Assembly (NCBI GenBank): GCA_965603825.1
Contig: CBFDEM010000035.1
Location: 62,001 to 126,000, forward strand
DNA length: 64,000 nucleotides
Direction: 5' to 3'
Source: Blepharisma stoltei ATCC 30299
Taxonomy: Eukaryota > Protista > Ciliophora
Part shown: positions 36,440 through 49,797 of the stretch, piece by piece
Position numbering within the stretch: the stretch's first letter is position 1
How the letters are laid out: each line of letters opens with the position of its first letter
Made by a program: the position numbers and the translations under genes
The notes under the pieces: generated by a model
The model's input: the letters and a program-made list of their open reading frames with translations, nothing else
Databases searched by the model: none
Told to the model about the DNA's origin: nothing

Positions 36440-36782
36440 TTAATTAGACAAATATTAAGAAAATTATATTTCATGCTGCTTAATAAGCTAATATGTATTT
36501 ATAATGGAAAGTATATAATAAATAATTAGTATCTCAATCTATCCAAATATTTAATAAAATTTATTAAATGATTTTTGCTAATTTCTTAGACTAAAGATTA
36601 GCTTGATTTATTATTATTTGTAGATATATATCATTTATTTTTTTCAAAAAATAAATAAAAAGTGGCTCATTCTGCATGCTTTTGAATATATTCGAGTCCA
36701 CTTTATTGTTTATTTCAATTTAATTTCTCTATACTATTAATTTAAGGATAAACATTTTATTGTTATGATGCAAAATTAAATT

Positions 36783-37940
36783 ATGTCACAACCACGCAAA
36801 AGAGCTCATATCCTGCCTCAATTTTCAGCTAAAGATTATATCCACAGCTCAGTCGATCGATCTCTAAAAAGCCCAAGCTTTGGGTTTCCATTTACATCTC
36901 ATAAATCACGATTAGTCGCCTTAAACCCTAAGACAGCCTCTCCAACACATACCCCAAAAACTACCAAAGCCAGGTCAAGACCTCACCGTTTTGCATCACC
37001 TTATTCAAAACCTCGGACAAATTTAAATAGATCTTTTTCTTCAAGCACAATGAAAAGAAATCATAGCGAGGAAGCATTTACTTCTCCAAAGAGAACAAAA
37101 GACCGTATGAACAGCTTAGCGTTAGATTTTTCGCAGTGCAATACCTTTGACAATGAAAATCTGCTTCAAAATTCTACCCTGTGTACTAAACTTAACGGCA
37201 GACTAGCCAAATTAACCCCAGCGAATAAAGAAAAACAATTTTTAATATGCAAAGAAGCACTCCAGGAATTAATTGACTCTGTAAAGCCACTTTCGGATTT
37301 ATTGGAGTCTATTAAAAAAGGATATGAAACTTATATTGATGAAAAAGAAACAATTATAGAGGCACAAAGGAAACAAATATATGACTTAAGAGGGGTGACA
37401 CAAGTAAGCACCATGGCCTCAGATGCTTCAAGAACACCTCAAGGAAAATATATAGAAATCCCTCAGTCAAGACTTAAAAAATCAAGGGTTCCGAGTAACC
37501 CAAAATTCGAAGTTACACCTGCAAATGACAAAGTAAATGATCTTAATAAACAAATAAACGATATGAAGCAGAGAGAAAAAGTTTATCAAAACTGCTTATC
37601 AGAATTAATTAAAAAAGGATACCCTGTCAACCAAGCTCTATTAAATGATGGTTTAAATAGAAAAAATTCGAAAACTCCTCATCCAATAAAACCAAGATTA
37701 GAAGAAATCCCAAAACTTGATTTAACGAGATTAGAAACTAAAAAGAAATATATAGACTCTAAAGACCAAAATATATCACTGACAGAAAGCAAATCAGGTG
37801 AAAATGTACATATGCAGAATGGAAATTCAGAAAATAAACCAAAGGAAAATCGAATTTGTTTTCAGGAAGAATTTATGTCAAAGTTCCAAGAGTTTTCAGA
37901 GTCTTGGAGAAATTTGATACAAGACCAGACTAGAACTTAA
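36783..37940 (+). CDS. Ser/Lys-rich coiled-coil protein with a possible TSNAXIP1_N-like segment
   Basis: Intact ORF; ICKEALQELIDSVKPLSDLLESIKKGYE helix; paralogue of 29117-30355. Confidence 0.8.
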   Translation: MSQPRKRAHILPQFSAKDYIHSSVDRSLKSPSFGFPFTSHKSRLVALNPKTASPTHTPKTTKARSRPHRFASPYSKPRTNLNRSFSSSTMKRNHSEEAFTSPKRTKDRMNSLALDFSQCNTFDNENLLQNSTLCTKLNGRLAKLTPANKEKQFLICKEALQELIDSVKPLSDLLESIKKGYETYIDEKETIIEAQRKQIYDLRGVTQVSTMASDASRTPQGKYIEIPQSRLKKSRVPSNPKFEVTPANDKVNDLNKQINDMKQREKVYQNCLSELIKKGYPVNQALLNDGLNRKNSKTPHPIKPRLEEIPKLDLTRLETKKKYIDSKDQNISLTESKSGENVHMQNGNSENKPKENRICFQEEFMSKFQEFSESWRNLIQDQTRT

Positions 37941-38428
37941 TTGTTAATAATTTAAATTTTTGTTTTAAATTAGGAGTTATCGTGCAATGATTTCTTATTG
38001 ATTAAAAAGTAAATGGGTTGTAAATAAACTATTATTTGTAATAAATTTAAATGAGGGCTAATATATCTCTATGGGATTGAGGCTAATAAACCGAAGCATA
38101 GTCTAAATCATAAGATCGCAAACTGATAAAATTTCGCCAAATCAATAAAATTCGCCAAAGTCTGATATTTTATTCTCTAATTCTAACCTAAACTCATTAC
38201 AATTCTCCATTTGTACAGTCTGAAATATTTTTTAATTTTATAAATTTCGCCTCATATAATTTCATTTATCGTCATTTTTTAAAGATAAATACATATCACT
38301 AGTCCTTATAACATATTTGCTTCATAAACTCTGTTCAGATAAGAAGTAGTTAAATGGAGTTTCAAAATAAAAGCTTTTTTGCTATAAACTTAATGTCCAA
38401 TTTAACTTATTAAACCAAATTAATAAAT

Positions 38429-41400
38429 ATGAGTGCACATAATGCAACTTCTAACTCTTGTTCTTCATCATCAGAGTTTGAGCCTCCTCCTAGCCATGAA
38501 GATCTTGATCTTAAGTTTAATATGAAATCTTTACTTGACGATATTAAAGCTGAACAATACTTGGAACCAAGGACTTATGTATTAGGAAAAGAAGCAGTAA
38601 GTGTCACGTTTAGCCGAAATATGAATTATATTATAGGAGCCTTGAAAAGCGGAAATTTGTGGATTTATGACAAAAAAGAGGAAACAGACTATATACTTAC
38701 TTATAATTCGAATTATGTAGGCAAAATTAGATGCACACAATTATCAGATGATGGAAAGTTGCTATTTGGAGGCACAAGCCAAGGTTTTATAAAAATTTGA
38801 AACCTCGAAAACAACAAAATAGACCCAGTTGATATAAATTTACATAACGGGCCTATAACTTCTATTTCTTCAAGCTATAATGGCCTTCACTATTTTATCG
38901 GTCACCGCTCAGGTATTATATCTCTATGAAACCTCACGGAGTATAAATTTTCCTCAGAAATCAACGAGCATCAAGACGCGATTAACTGTTTATTAATTAC
39001 CCACAACAAAAAATACCTCATATCTGCAGGAAAAGACAGAGAAATAAAAGTATGGAACACAAAAGACCTTGCTTTAAATGCTGTGTTAGATGACCACGAA
39101 GAGCCAATTTACTGCTTAGAAATGTCACAGGATGATAAATTATTATTTTCTGGAGGAGAAGATCGTACTATAATAGTCTGGAATTTCCCTGCAAAATCTC
39201 AAAAATTCAGACTTAATGGTCATGTCTCTAGAATCCTAAGTTTAAAGTTGACGTCTGACTGCCAGTTTTTATTTTCTTCTGGGCTTGATAAATCTATAAG
39301 GGTCTGAAATATTCAGTCAACTAGTGTAATTGAGCCCGCTCTTTTAGCAGGTAATGAAATTAATGTAAAAGGACTAGCTTTAGCTCAAGATAACTCAGTC
39401 ATTGTAAGTGCGTCCAAAGTGGGGGTGAGAATTTGGAAATTAAATCAAACTTATGTGGATGAAAATGAAAATAATTTCCATGGGAGCAAAATATTGAGCA
39501 TTTCTCAGGTCGAAAAGAAACATGCAGAGTCGGTATTTGCAGATGAAATAATAAGATGAAGGCTCTCAAGTCATAAAAAAGGAATAAGTTTTAACATTCA
39601 AAAAAATGCCCTTTGCTCTGCTCATTCTTTAGAAAATAACGAAATCGCTTTAGGCTACTCAAACGGGCATATCGTAATCTATTCTTATATCGGCAAAGAC
39701 TATGAGCTAAAAGAACGAATTGAAGCTCAAGATTCCCCAATATCCTCAATAATTTTCAATTCAAAATTTCTAGTGTCAGGCTCTCAGTCTGGGAATATTG
39801 TTTTTTCGAGATTCGATAGCAGCTCTCGAATTGTGCTGTCTTTACATAAAGCAAGTATTACGTCACTAGTTCTATACAATAATGATAGCATGATATTGTC
39901 AGGGAGTGAGGATAAAAAATTATGCTGCTGGGATATAATCTCTGGGAGTGGAACTCTTTTCCCTGTTATTCATAAAGATCGTATTTTAAGCTTGGCCATT
40001 ACAAATGATGAAATTTATGCTGTGACTGGAAGCGCTGATAATAATGTAATTTTATGGAATCTTAATGAGCGTAAAGAGGTGGTTACTTTGACAGGCCATA
40101 GTATGGATGTTAATTCAGTTATGACGTATGGGAATAAATTTATTATTTCTGGAGGATTAGATAAGCTGGTTTGTATTTGGTCAATTAAAGACCAAATTTT
40201 GCTGTCAAATATTCATGTTGAGTCTAGTATTACTTGTATGGCGTTTTCGAGGTTAAAAAAAGAAATTTTTATAGGAGGGATTGATGGGAAAATTTATTCA
40301 ATTAATAATCCTCTTAATACTCAAACACCTATGCACGTGTGCCCTTATAAATATTCCATACTTTTTCTACTTTTTATAAAAAGTGCTTTAGATAAAAAAG
40401 TTGAGTTTTTTGATGGTTATTGAAAAGATTATGTATTTTATCCTATGAGAACAAGTATCCTTAATATTTTTTGCCATGAAAAAAATGCAAGTTTGCTTTT
40501 AGAAGCAATAAAGTCAGGTGCAAAATATTTTGATAATTCCAATTCAGAGCATCCTTTATTAATTGCTCATCATAAAAGGAATCGTCAATGCACTGAATTT
40601 CTAATAAAAAATCTTCCAAAACATTTGCTGATTAACAGCCCACAAATTTATTTATATATTGAGCCAATGTTGAAAAAGTTAAATAAAACATCAGTTGAGT
40701 CTCTGGCTATAGTTTATGAGCAAGCTTACACACAAGTGACTGGGAAACATTTGCCAGAATGAGGAATAATAAAAGGAAAATCCCCAATTCTTATGAAGAC
40801 ATTGACAAATGAAATTGACCCAGCCAATTTTGTAACCTCAAAAGCTATGCTCACTGCCCAAAAGCAAAAAGGGAAAAAAATTGATATAATTATATGAGAT
40901 AAAGAAGATGACGAATTCCAATGGGATGAACAAGACATAGCATTTTTTTTATCTAAAGTAAAAATCCCACTATCATTAGGGAATAAAACTAGCATTACAT
41001 TTTTAAGATCCTTAGTTATGTGTAAAAATGAAGAAATTTTTACTACGAATTTAATCAAAGGGATGATTGAGTATAAATGAAGAAGAGCTGTTTGGATCAT
41101 TTTTTTGCAATTTATTCTTTATCTTATTAATATTGTTTTACAGCTTTTACTAGTGTTTCAAAGTAGTGTAAATGGCTATTTTCAAGTCGCTCTCTTTATT
41201 GCTAATACATTTTTTATGTTTAGAGAAGCTCTTCTGTTTACAGCCTCTATTAGATACTATATTCGAATATTTTGGAATGCCTTAGAAATAGTAAAAATTG
41301 TTGTGATTTATACGTATTTAGGCGTTGCTTATTGATCAGATGATGATTACGCAAAAAATCGAGTACTACTTCCTCTGTCAATTATGATTACATGAATAAG

Positions 41401-42223
41401 AGGTTTTGGATATTTCAGAATATTTAAAAAAACTAGAGTTCTGATGAGGCTGATTTTTGAGGTCATTAAAGATATGGGCCCATTTACCTTAGTAATTATT
41501 ACATCATCTGTCGTTTTCGGGATCATATTTTACGATGTGGAGCTGCTTCCTAACTTTGGAGATAATTTAGCAAAAGCTTATGTTGTTGCATACGGAGAAT
41601 TCAATCTTGATGCAAATTATACTGGTTGACAAGATCTAATGTATGTTTTGGCTTCATTACTGAACACCTTGGTTCTTTTAAGCTTGATTATTTCACTTAT
41701 GGGAGACACTTATGATAGAGTATCAGGAGGCATTGACATTGCTGAAACCAAAGAATTCGCAATGCTAATTTTGGAGAGTGAAACCCTTTTGTTTTGGAAA
41801 AGAAATAATAAGGCGCCGTTAGCATATTTACAAGAATGTAGCTTGGAAAGAGAAGCTGGAGAAGGCGACCAATGAAAAGGGAAAATTAATGTGATAAGAA
41901 GGCAAGTAAAAGTTACAGAAAATTGTTGTGATGAAGCGCTAAAAGATATTAGTTCTTTTAACAAATTTTTCCAAGAATTCCCTAAGCTAATTGGTGCAAA
42001 AATGGCAAAACTTATTAAGAAAAATTCTTTAGAAAATAATGAAGACATGGCAAAAGATGAAGAATATTTTATGGTTGCTTTAGCGAGAATTCAGAAAAAG
42101 TTTGAAGAGCTTGAAGAGGCCAAAAATAATATTTCTGTCATTAAGAAAGATATGGGAGAGCTAAAAACAAAAGTAACAAGAATAGTATCTAGAAGCAACA
42201 CTCACGATGGTGAAAACGAATAA
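38429..42223 (+). CDS. WD40-repeat plus TRP-like 6TM cation channel (~1264 aa)
   Basis: Eight ORFs in one frame joined by at least 12 TGA; WD repeats (LFSGGEDRTIIVWN, AVTGSADNNVILWN); S4-S6 IRGFGYFRIF..IKDMGPF..AYGEF..LLSLIISLMGDTYDRV. Confidence 0.88.
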
Positions 42224-43035
42224 AATTTAGTTTTTAGAATAATTATTATTCTATTAAATTATAATATTTTAATAGAAATAACTAGCAGCTCAAAAATTGA
42301 TGTGAAATAATAAATAGAATACAATTTATGAAGAAAAACATAAGAGTTGTGGCTTTTTTTAAAAAATGCTCTATGTATCCTTCAGGAATTGTAATATTTC
42401 TTATAAGCAGATTCGGTAAACAATTAAATCTATTTTAAGAGGAAAAATCAGCAAGAAATATTTAAATAGAGAACAGAATTACCAAAAATATATAGCTTTG
42501 CTAAATTATTTCTTAAATGATAAAATTCAAAAATTGAAACGCCTCCGATAAATATATGAAACAAATGAAAAAAACCCACTTAATATAAAGCTATCAAATA
42601 AAGGATAAAAATTGAAAGCCTGCAACAGTGGTATTAATTATTTTAAATTTAATTTATTTGAATTGAAAATAGATTTAAAATTAATCTTCTTATCCATTTT
42701 TAAATAAAAATGTTTGAAAAATAGTTCTATGAGCTCCATTATAATTTTTATTATTAAAATTATGATGATTTTTGAGAGCTATGATGATAAAGACTTATAG
42801 ATAATTTTATTCAGTTTTAAAGGCAGTGATTTTATACTTAACTCCATATCATGCAGATTTAATAGTCCCCTATAAAACAATTTTTAAAATCAATCATTAG
42901 AACCCGTCTGAGATTAATTATATATTTTTAAATATTTAATAATAAAATAATTATTGATTTTTATGTGCAGCATATTCTTCTTTCAATATTATTGCCCTAA
43001 GTTTAAACTAAAACATATGGTGAAAATTTAATAAT

Positions 43036-44577
43036 ATGGCGAAAAGAGTTCTTCTTATTGGCTTAGTAAGCTGTTCGACTGCTTGGCTTTATTTGAAACG
43101 GCCACTTCCACTGCCTAATCCTGCTGGTCTACCCTATCAAGAGCTTCCAAAGCTCCCTTATAAAGACCACCCCAACAAGCATTTTATTACTAAAGTCCCT
43201 CAAAAAATCGGAATAATAGGCGCAGGACTTTCAGGCCTGATAACAGCCAAAATATTAAATACTCAAGGATATGACATTGAAATCCTTGATCAGCAGTCCC
43301 AGCCAGGTGGAATTTGGACCGAAAATTATGATCAATCAGGTCTCCAATTTCTGTTTAGTTTTTACTATTTGCCTGATGACCCAATAGAAAACGCTCCAGA
43401 ACTTCCTAAATGTGATTATCTTAAAAACTGAATAAGCCAAAGTATTATTCAGAAGTTCAATCTAGACCATTTGCTGACCCTTAATTCCCGAGTCTCAGCA
43501 ATTGACCAAAACCAAGACGGTTCTTGGAATGTTCATTTAGACAGCGGAATTAAAAAATCATATGATTTTCTTATAGTTTGCACGGGGGTAAATTATAAGC
43601 CAAACATTCCAGAAGTAAAAGGAGAAAATAATTTTCAAGGAAAAATTCTCCATAGTAGCCAATTTAAAAATGCCCAAAATTTGTGTCAAGATAAACACGT
43701 TATTGTGGTAGGAGGCCAAAAAAGTGCTTATGATATACTAGAAATCGCTCAAAACTATGATGCAAAGGTGATGAGCGTCCAAAGAAGCATCCATTGACCT
43801 CAGCCTTTATCTCAAAAGTCCATCTTTGGGATCGATATGTCCCATTGGCTTTATACAAGGCTAGGAACGTATTTTATGCTCCCAACTGACAATAGATTTT
43901 GGATTTACAATTATTGTAGGCCACTTGTCAATTGGTATTATAATTTAATTGAAAAAAAGTTAAAAGAAGATATCCCTGAAAGGCTTTATCCAACGATGGA
44001 TTATGCGAAAACCAGAGGAATTTCTTCGAGTAAAAAAGAAGTTGTAAAAAAGTTTATTTCAAGTGAAATTAAGCTTGTAAAAGGCTCCATTGATGAAATG
44101 AAACCCGACGGAGTAATGATCAATGGAAAATTTTATAAAGCGGATTTAGTAGTTTTTGCTACTGGTTTTAAATTTGATTACTTGGGAATTGAGCAAGAAA
44201 AAGATGGGATATGGATGTATAGACATACGATTATCCCTGAAAAGAAGAACTTAGCATTTGTAGGCTTTACGAGAGCTCCTGCTTGGTCACTTGGATGTTC
44301 GATACAGGCTTGTTGACTTGCAGAAATGCTAAGAGGAAAAGTTAAACTCCCAAGTGTTTCAGAAATGAGAGCTGATATAGAAAATCGTAAAAAAATTACA
44401 AGATCTCATTATTATGCTGTCTCCAACCTTAGTGTCCTTACAAATGGACTCCTTTTTCATGACGCATTTTTAGAAGACATGGGCTTACAAATCCGAAGAA
44501 AAAAGACTCTTTTTGAGCATTTCTTCGGAAATTTTAAGGTGGAGGACTATAAAACAGTCATAACTCATCGAGTTTAA
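43036..44577 (+). CDS. Flavin-containing monooxygenase (class B FMO)
   Basis: IGIIGAGLSG (FAD), GGIW, DFLIVCTG, FQGKILHSSQFK (FMO fingerprint), VVGGQKSAYD (NADPH), DLVVFATGF; three TGA. Confidence 0.93.
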
Positions 44578-44666
44578 GACTAGATAATTTTATTTTTATT
44601 CGAATTTTCAAAGCTTTCTTTCTTTTAATTTAAGAATTAATTAACTGTAATGATAAATAAAATTTT

Positions 44667-45557
44667 ATGAAAAGATTTTTATTTTTTCACACCGAATCAG
44701 CTCACGTAATCTACTTCAAAGACTACAACACAGAAACTGCAGATGAGCATAGGCTGGCTTTTGAAAGCTATTCACTATTAATCACGACTGATTTTGAGTT
44801 GCGATCTATTGAATCTGAAGAGCTTTTCTGCTTCGCAAAGGCGAGAGGCAAGCCTCTCGCTATCACAATAGTTTTCGGAAAAGGCACAACTACTAAAGAA
44901 GAAGGCTGCGGACTCGCAGAGTCCATGATTCAGCTATTTGTGCAGCAATTTGGACATAGGCTTAATGAAAAGCTGCCTATAAGCTCATTCAGAACTTTTC
45001 AAACCACATTAAAGCCGCTTCTTGATTCTTATTTAGAATCTGAAATGAAGAAATTTTCTGAAGCGACTGGTAATATCCCTTTTTTGCATTTGACAATGCT
45101 GCATTCTGTAATTGCTCATCAAAGGGCTAGTAAAAATAAAAGAGTGGAAAGTGTGTCAATAACTTCAGCAGCAAGTTCTTTAAATACAGATTTATCAGCA
45201 ATAGAGAAAGCCCCAAGAATTTTAGTCAGCCAAACCTTGAAGAGAAAATATCCGTTTGATGAATCTAAGCAGCAAACGTCATTTGTATTCCCAAGGAAAA
45301 ATTTCCAAAGAATTGTGCATAGAGATGAGCCACCTAATGAAGAATTAATTGAGGCGATTTCTGTTTTGGCTGCAATTGCATCTGATTTATTAGGGCTTGA
45401 AAAGGATTCATTACAAAGCATATGACTTCCAATGAATAAAACAAATATTTTAGCTTTGAGATTCCAGGAGATGTTACTATTACTAGCAGACCCTAACCAA
45501 GTGCCTAGAAATTCTATGATGCAAGGGTTGCATGACTGGGCGAGATTACTTGTATAA
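44667..45557 (+). CDS. Hypothetical protein, N-terminus possibly longin-like
   Basis: ORF 44667-45425 extended via TGA to TAA 45555-45557; N-terminal beta-beta-alpha-beta-beta-beta-alpha pattern. Confidence 0.7.
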
Positions 45558-45616
45558 ATATAAAATAATAACTGAAATTTTTAAATTTAAATACTTTTTT
45601 ATAGTCAAATATTACA

Positions 45617-46969
45617 TTAATTATCACAGATATTTACATTTGCTTTAACTACATTTATTATTTTTCTTGGATTTTTCATAGGTGCAAAATTTGTTGATAA
45701 AATAATAGTTTTCCTGGCTTGCAAAATATCAGAATCACCCATTAAGCTTTGGCTCCTATGGTTTACTTCTTCTATCTCTCTGTCGCTATTTTTTGCTGTA
45801 GAGCTTCTTTTTGCTTTGCATAAAGTAGAAAGCCAAGGATGATCTAAGGCTTTTTTTGGTGTTAATCTTTTATTAGGCTGAGTATCTGTTAAGTTTTGTA
45901 TTAAATTTATGGCATTTTTAGAAATTTTCTTCCAAACCTCATCACGATAACTTATCAAACAGTCCCTATTCCTTAAAAGCACTCCTTCAGCGGATTTGCT
46001 GAAAAATGGCATATGCCCAGACAGTAATACATAAAGTATAATGCCAGCTGAAAATACATCGGCTTCTACCCCATATGAGCATTTTCTTAAAATTTCTGGG
46101 GCTATATATCCAGGGGATCCACATCTTAAGGTCAAATTTTCATTAGTGACTTCGGCAGCTAGGCCAAAATCAGCTAGCTTAAAATTATAATCATTGTTTT
46201 TAGATATCATAAGAATGTTTTCTGGCTTGATATCTCTATGCACAACGCCGCATGATTGGGTATAACTAAGGACTTTTAATAACTTCTTGGAAAATTTGAT
46301 AACTGTGGACTCAGGTAACGATCCTTTTTCAAGAATTCTTGAATACAAATCTCCACCTTTTACGTAGTCTAAAACTAGGTAAATGTTATGTGGGCTCTCA
46401 TAGACTCTATGAAGCTTAATGATATTTGGATGATTCAGCTTTCTCATTATCTTAATTTCATTTATCAAATTTTCTAAGTTAATTTTGCTCTTTTGGATTT
46501 TCTTTTTACTGACTTTTTTAATCGCAAATTTTTTAGAGTCTTGAATCCTTACACCTAAATGGACAACTGAAGAATTCCCACTGCCAATTTGCTGGCTGAT
46601 CTGATAGTCGTCTTCAATATCAGACATAATGCAAATACTAGATAAGCAGTCAACCCATTTGTCTAGCTCACTGCTAGATTTTACATAAAAATCTTTCGAT
46701 GAGTTTTTATGCCCAAGGGAAAAACCATACAGTTTTTCATCTTGGTTTTCGTCAATGAAAGGGTTTAAGGGCTTCCATTCTAGCTTAGCCATTTTTGCCT
46801 TTTGCTTTGAGCTGGTTCACCTTACAAGAGATTTTCCTATAACAGTATAAAATTTTTCCTGAAATAATCCGGATTTAAGGTCAAAGAGGCTACCTTCAAA
46901 AAAAGTGGGCTCGTTAGAAGAAATATAAGGAGCCCAAAAATGATCGGTACCACAAGAATTTGAATCCAT
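45617..46969 (-). CDS. PH-like domain plus CAMK-group Ser/Thr protein kinase
   Basis: GSGNSS, FAIK, HRDIKPEN, DFG, CGSPGYIAPE; PH-type FYVKSSSELDKWVDCL; extended via TGA to ATG 46969. Confidence 0.93.
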
Positions 46970-47473
46970 TAATTCAAATATTGAATTCATAATAATATTA
47001 ATATTTTATTTTGATCAGAATTCATGTTGAAGTATTAAACGTGCTTTAAACCTAAAATAATGATAAGCAATAACTGCTATTATACTAACTATGCATTTAT
47101 TTTTAATTTTTATATGCAATAGGTCTTCTTTCTGGAAAGAGATAATATTATCAATGACAATTTTTTTATAAAAAATGTAATTATTAGCTCTTATTTTTAT
47201 ATCGAAAATAAATAGGTTTTCCTATAAATTTATCTAATAATAAGATAATCCAAAATAGTTACAAGTATATGAATAAAACTTCATATTATTTCTTAAATGC
47301 TTTAAATTATTAAGCGAAATTAACATTATTTCAATAAAGTATTATATTTAAAATGGCAAACCTAAATGAAGCTATGCGTTAAGATATTAAAACTTCAAAG
47401 TCTTGCTAATTATAAAATTCATATAAATTCACTTTGTGATTTAATTTATTTATATATCTTTAACTTATAGACA

Positions 47474-49453
47474 CTATATTTCTTTGCATATAAGACTTTT
47501 CATAGCTCCTAACTGTGACATAATCCCTTGAATGTCATCTTGACTTACCTGAAACTCAGATAGCGTCAAGTAAAACATTTCAGCATAGCAATTGAATTCT
47601 CTCTCATTAATTCCATAATTATGATGCGCTGTCCTCAATCTTCCTCTTAGCTCCAAATTCAAATTTCCACTAAAAATCCTAAACATCCCTTTCACAATCC
47701 CCTGAAAGCTCTCAATTTTTGAGTCTTTAAAATATTTATTCAAAATTTCGCAGCCTAGAACTTTATTATAAAGCGAAATAATAAATTTACTCCAAAAACC
47801 CTCCCCTCCGTATTTATTCATCAAGCTTTCTCTTTTCTTTTTAATTTTATTGACACTTTGCTTTAGCTCTTCATTTTGTTCTGCAGCTTCTGAAAAATAT
47901 CTCATTTTTGTACAAATAAATGGGTCGTTAGAAGGACTTTGGTCACGGTTTTTTGAGCGAGATGTAGATATTGGGGTTAAATCTAATATCGGGACAAAGT
48001 TTTTGCAGGTTTTTAAACAAGCTGCTTCATCCTGAATTATAGGAGAAAATTCAACATTTATATCTTGATTTTTCGTGCTTTTTTGTGTATTTAAACAGTC
48101 GATTTTTTCGTTCATTTGTTTGAATTTTTCATAAATATTTTTCATTTTGATGCTTTCTTTTCTTTTTTTCGCTAAATTTAGCCTGTCGACCCTAAGCATT
48201 ATTTTTGCGCAATTTGGATGATTAATATCACTTGTGCGGGTTTCTGTAGTTTGTGACCTATCAGAAGTATCGATTCCAGATATTTTAAGTGGGAGTTTAA
48301 TTCTTTTTGTTTTTTCTAAAGGCATTGATTGATCAATTCAATGTTCTCGGCAGTCCAGTAAAAATCATTTATTATTAATATCCTTCACAAAATCAAGAAC
48401 AAGCCCTTTTACTGTTTTTTTAAATACATGATAAGTAAAAAAATCAGCAATTTGTTCAACCATAAGCTCAATGTCATCGATTTTTACAAAACTTTCACTC
48501 GCAACGCAGCTGGCGATATTTTTTGTGTCAACAATATATTCTTTGAAATTATTTGTGTGTGCAGCTATATTTACTTCTGCTAAATTATCGTAGCTTCTAA
48601 CAGATTTTGTATCATTTCCAAAAGTTTTAAAAATATCATCTTTATGGGCTTTATTCTTTAGTTTGCAAGAAGCATGGAGATCTGGCAAATTTTTATCATT
48701 TTTCATTCGAATTGGAAAATGTTTTATTGGATTAGATGATGTTGCTATAGGCCATTGGGTAGCAGAATATCTGCAAATAGCATGCTTTGATTTTTTAGTT
48801 GACAAGCTTGAAGAATGGTGATGATGGAGCTCTTTTTTTGTGGCTAGTTTTTTGTTAATTATAGTGAAATATTTGTTTTTTTCTCCTTTTCTCCATAACA
48901 CCCTTGTAACTGAGGCAGGATTTGCGTTACTTTGTATGAAAAATTGTATCAAGCTATTATCGCCGGCTGATTTTCATAATTTTGCAACTGTTTCTTTTGA
49001 GAATGCAACTGTGATTTCTTTATTAGAATTTTTATAGCAATAGCATGGATATCCTACACTATTACTTTCATTAGTAAAGCTAAAAAATTCATTTTCTGTG
49101 CATTCTCTTGATTCAATTAAATTATTTTGGTTTGCTTTAATTAGCATAAAAGATGGCAAAGATTCTGATTTTATAAGGGTCGCAGGAATATTTATATTTA
49201 GTCGAGCTGAATTTGCATATGCCGCCAGCAAGCTAAAAAAATTAATTTCTTTGTGATTAGGAGGTTTTGGAAGAAGATCATTAATCCTACTAATCATGCT
49301 GTTCCAACTGACATCAGTCCCAACGCTGCTAAGGATTTTATTTGATTCAGCCAATAAGTGCTTTAATTCAAGGCTAAAGTCAGGGATTTTGCTTTGATCG
49401 TTTTGATTCTGGTGAAAATCGTTGAGGTGTTCTAGTATCCTTGGAATATCCAT
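47474..49453 (-). CDS. Multidomain protein (~659 aa): putative ATP-grasp-like N-terminus plus C-terminal truncated (2/2) haemoglobin
   Basis: Three in-frame ORFs joined by TGA; globin SLMNKYGG..LYNKVL..LNKYF..LRTAH..GINEREF..TL at ~47477-47830. Confidence 0.8.
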
Positions 49454-49797
49454 TTTACAAAGAAATGGCAAGCAAGTAATCTATTTTGAAACTCACAATT
49501 TTAAATAACCTCGTTTCAAAATTTAATTGATTAATTTTGTGATTTGAGACGTTTCTATAATTAAAAATATAAAATAAATTTTAATTTTTGATTAAATTAT
49601 TTCAGTGATTGCTGGCTGAAATGGTATAAATCGATTTTAATAAAAAAAAATTTGCCTTAATGATAAACTGTATAAGAATTATGAATAAATAATTAAAATT
49701 AGCTCAAAATGAGGAATTAAAATGATTTTAAATTAGATTTTAGCTTATAGTCTAAGAAATTTATATTTAATATAGATTTATCAATAACAATTCAAAA

